From positions 70,545,550-70,609,549 of the forward strand of contig NC_068990.1 in NCBI RefSeq assembly GCF_001194135.2: 64,000 nt of DNA, written 5' to 3'. The stretch is from Octopus bimaculoides (taxonomy: Eukaryota). The translations under genes were made by a program, and so were the position numbers. Positions within the stretch are counted from its first letter, which is position 1. Each line of letters begins with the position of its first letter. Shown here piece by piece: positions 62,997-64,000 of this stretch. A model generated the notes under the pieces. That model saw nothing but the letters and a program-made list of their open reading frames with translations. It was not told where the DNA came from and did not search any database.

Positions 62997-64000
62997 CAGT
63001 GATACCTCACAGTACGAGTTTAATTCATTCCATGACCGAGCTCGTTTTAGAATTTACTCATTTTACAAATCAATTTTTTCCATTGAAATTAACTAAAATA
63101 TAATTAATCCATTCCAACCCACCAAAGCCACCCCAAAATAAACAAATGGTGTAGCTACAAGTAAAATGATAATTATGAAAAATTATAAAAAAGAGAATGC
63201 ATAAGAAATATGTAAACTGGTTTTATTAACTGAATTACCTTAAAGATGGGACAATTAGTGTGTAAGGAAGACGATAGAGCAAAGAGGAGGAGGATTACTG
63301 TTTGGAAGGTGAATCTCCTTCCATTAAGACTTCATGAAGAATAATTTCTGATGTTTTCTCTCTCACTTAATTTCGGCTTTTTAGACACACTTTCTTCACT
63401 TTTTACACTTGCAGGTCGTTTCATTAGAAACATATCAAGAGAAGTCTGCTTTTTCCTGCCTTTCAAAATGTTACATAAATGCGCCAGAGCAGTGTCATTA
63501 AATAAAGCAGCTGCACAACCTGTAGCTACTTTTTCAGGATGATATTTTTCTACAAATTCAGAAACATATTGCCGCTTTACCAACACAACTTTTATGTCAC
63601 TCATAGAGATAGCATTCTCCATTACACTGTCCTCTGCTACATTGCCAGGCCATATCAATGATTTTTCAGGTGGTTTACAATGTTGTAGTGCTCCTTTCAA
63701 AAACTCACAAAGGGTTAGATTTGTAATTTCAATGACTTCAAAGCACCGAAGAAACAGGTGTTTGGTGTACAAGTTCTTAAAATTAGAAATTATCTGTTGG
63801 TCCATGGGCTGCAAGATAGTGGTGGTGTTGCATGAAAGGTACATAACTTTTATAAATTTAAATTCATCCTAGATATCATCTTCAAGGTTAGGAGGGTGAG
63901 CAGGAACATAGTTGAGGTTGAAGATTGTTCTCCACTAGATACTTTCTCACTGTTGGTCTGAAGACAAGGTTGACCCACTTGGAGAAGAATTGCCTGGTGA
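62997..64000 (-). mobile_element. pogo/Tigger-family transposon, decayed; runs off the window
   Basis: TA|CAGTGATACCTC terminus; NTTTILQPMDQQIISNFKNLY DDE-domain motif (ORF 63332-63844). Confidence 0.88.

Overview
AT-rich, repeat-dense eukaryotic genomic DNA with six N-gaps. The SINE, RTE and microsatellite landscape points to an octopus or other coleoid cephalopod draft assembly (inference). The clearest gene is UBA6 on the + strand: 14 GT-AG exons between 32600 and 62869. Its 5' exons and an internal ~70-aa block are not visible, and the gene continues past the window end. A second, unidentified gene is tentatively traced on the - strand as a phase-consistent chain of seven small exons (29360 to 9767). 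That chain includes 14-, 13- and 11-nt microexons and a 45-nt exon with an in-frame TGA. The rest is transposon-derived: RTE, R4/Dong and HERO LINEs, tRNA-type SINEs, Tc1, two mariners, hAT, pogo/Tigger, Helitron ends and MITEs. The most unusual element is at 7104-7559: a non-coding 357-nt unit with 99-bp terminal direct repeats that carries a type I hammerhead ribozyme on the - strand, the architecture of a retrozyme or Penelope-like pseudo-LTR. All coordinates and translations were read by hand; no database searches were run.
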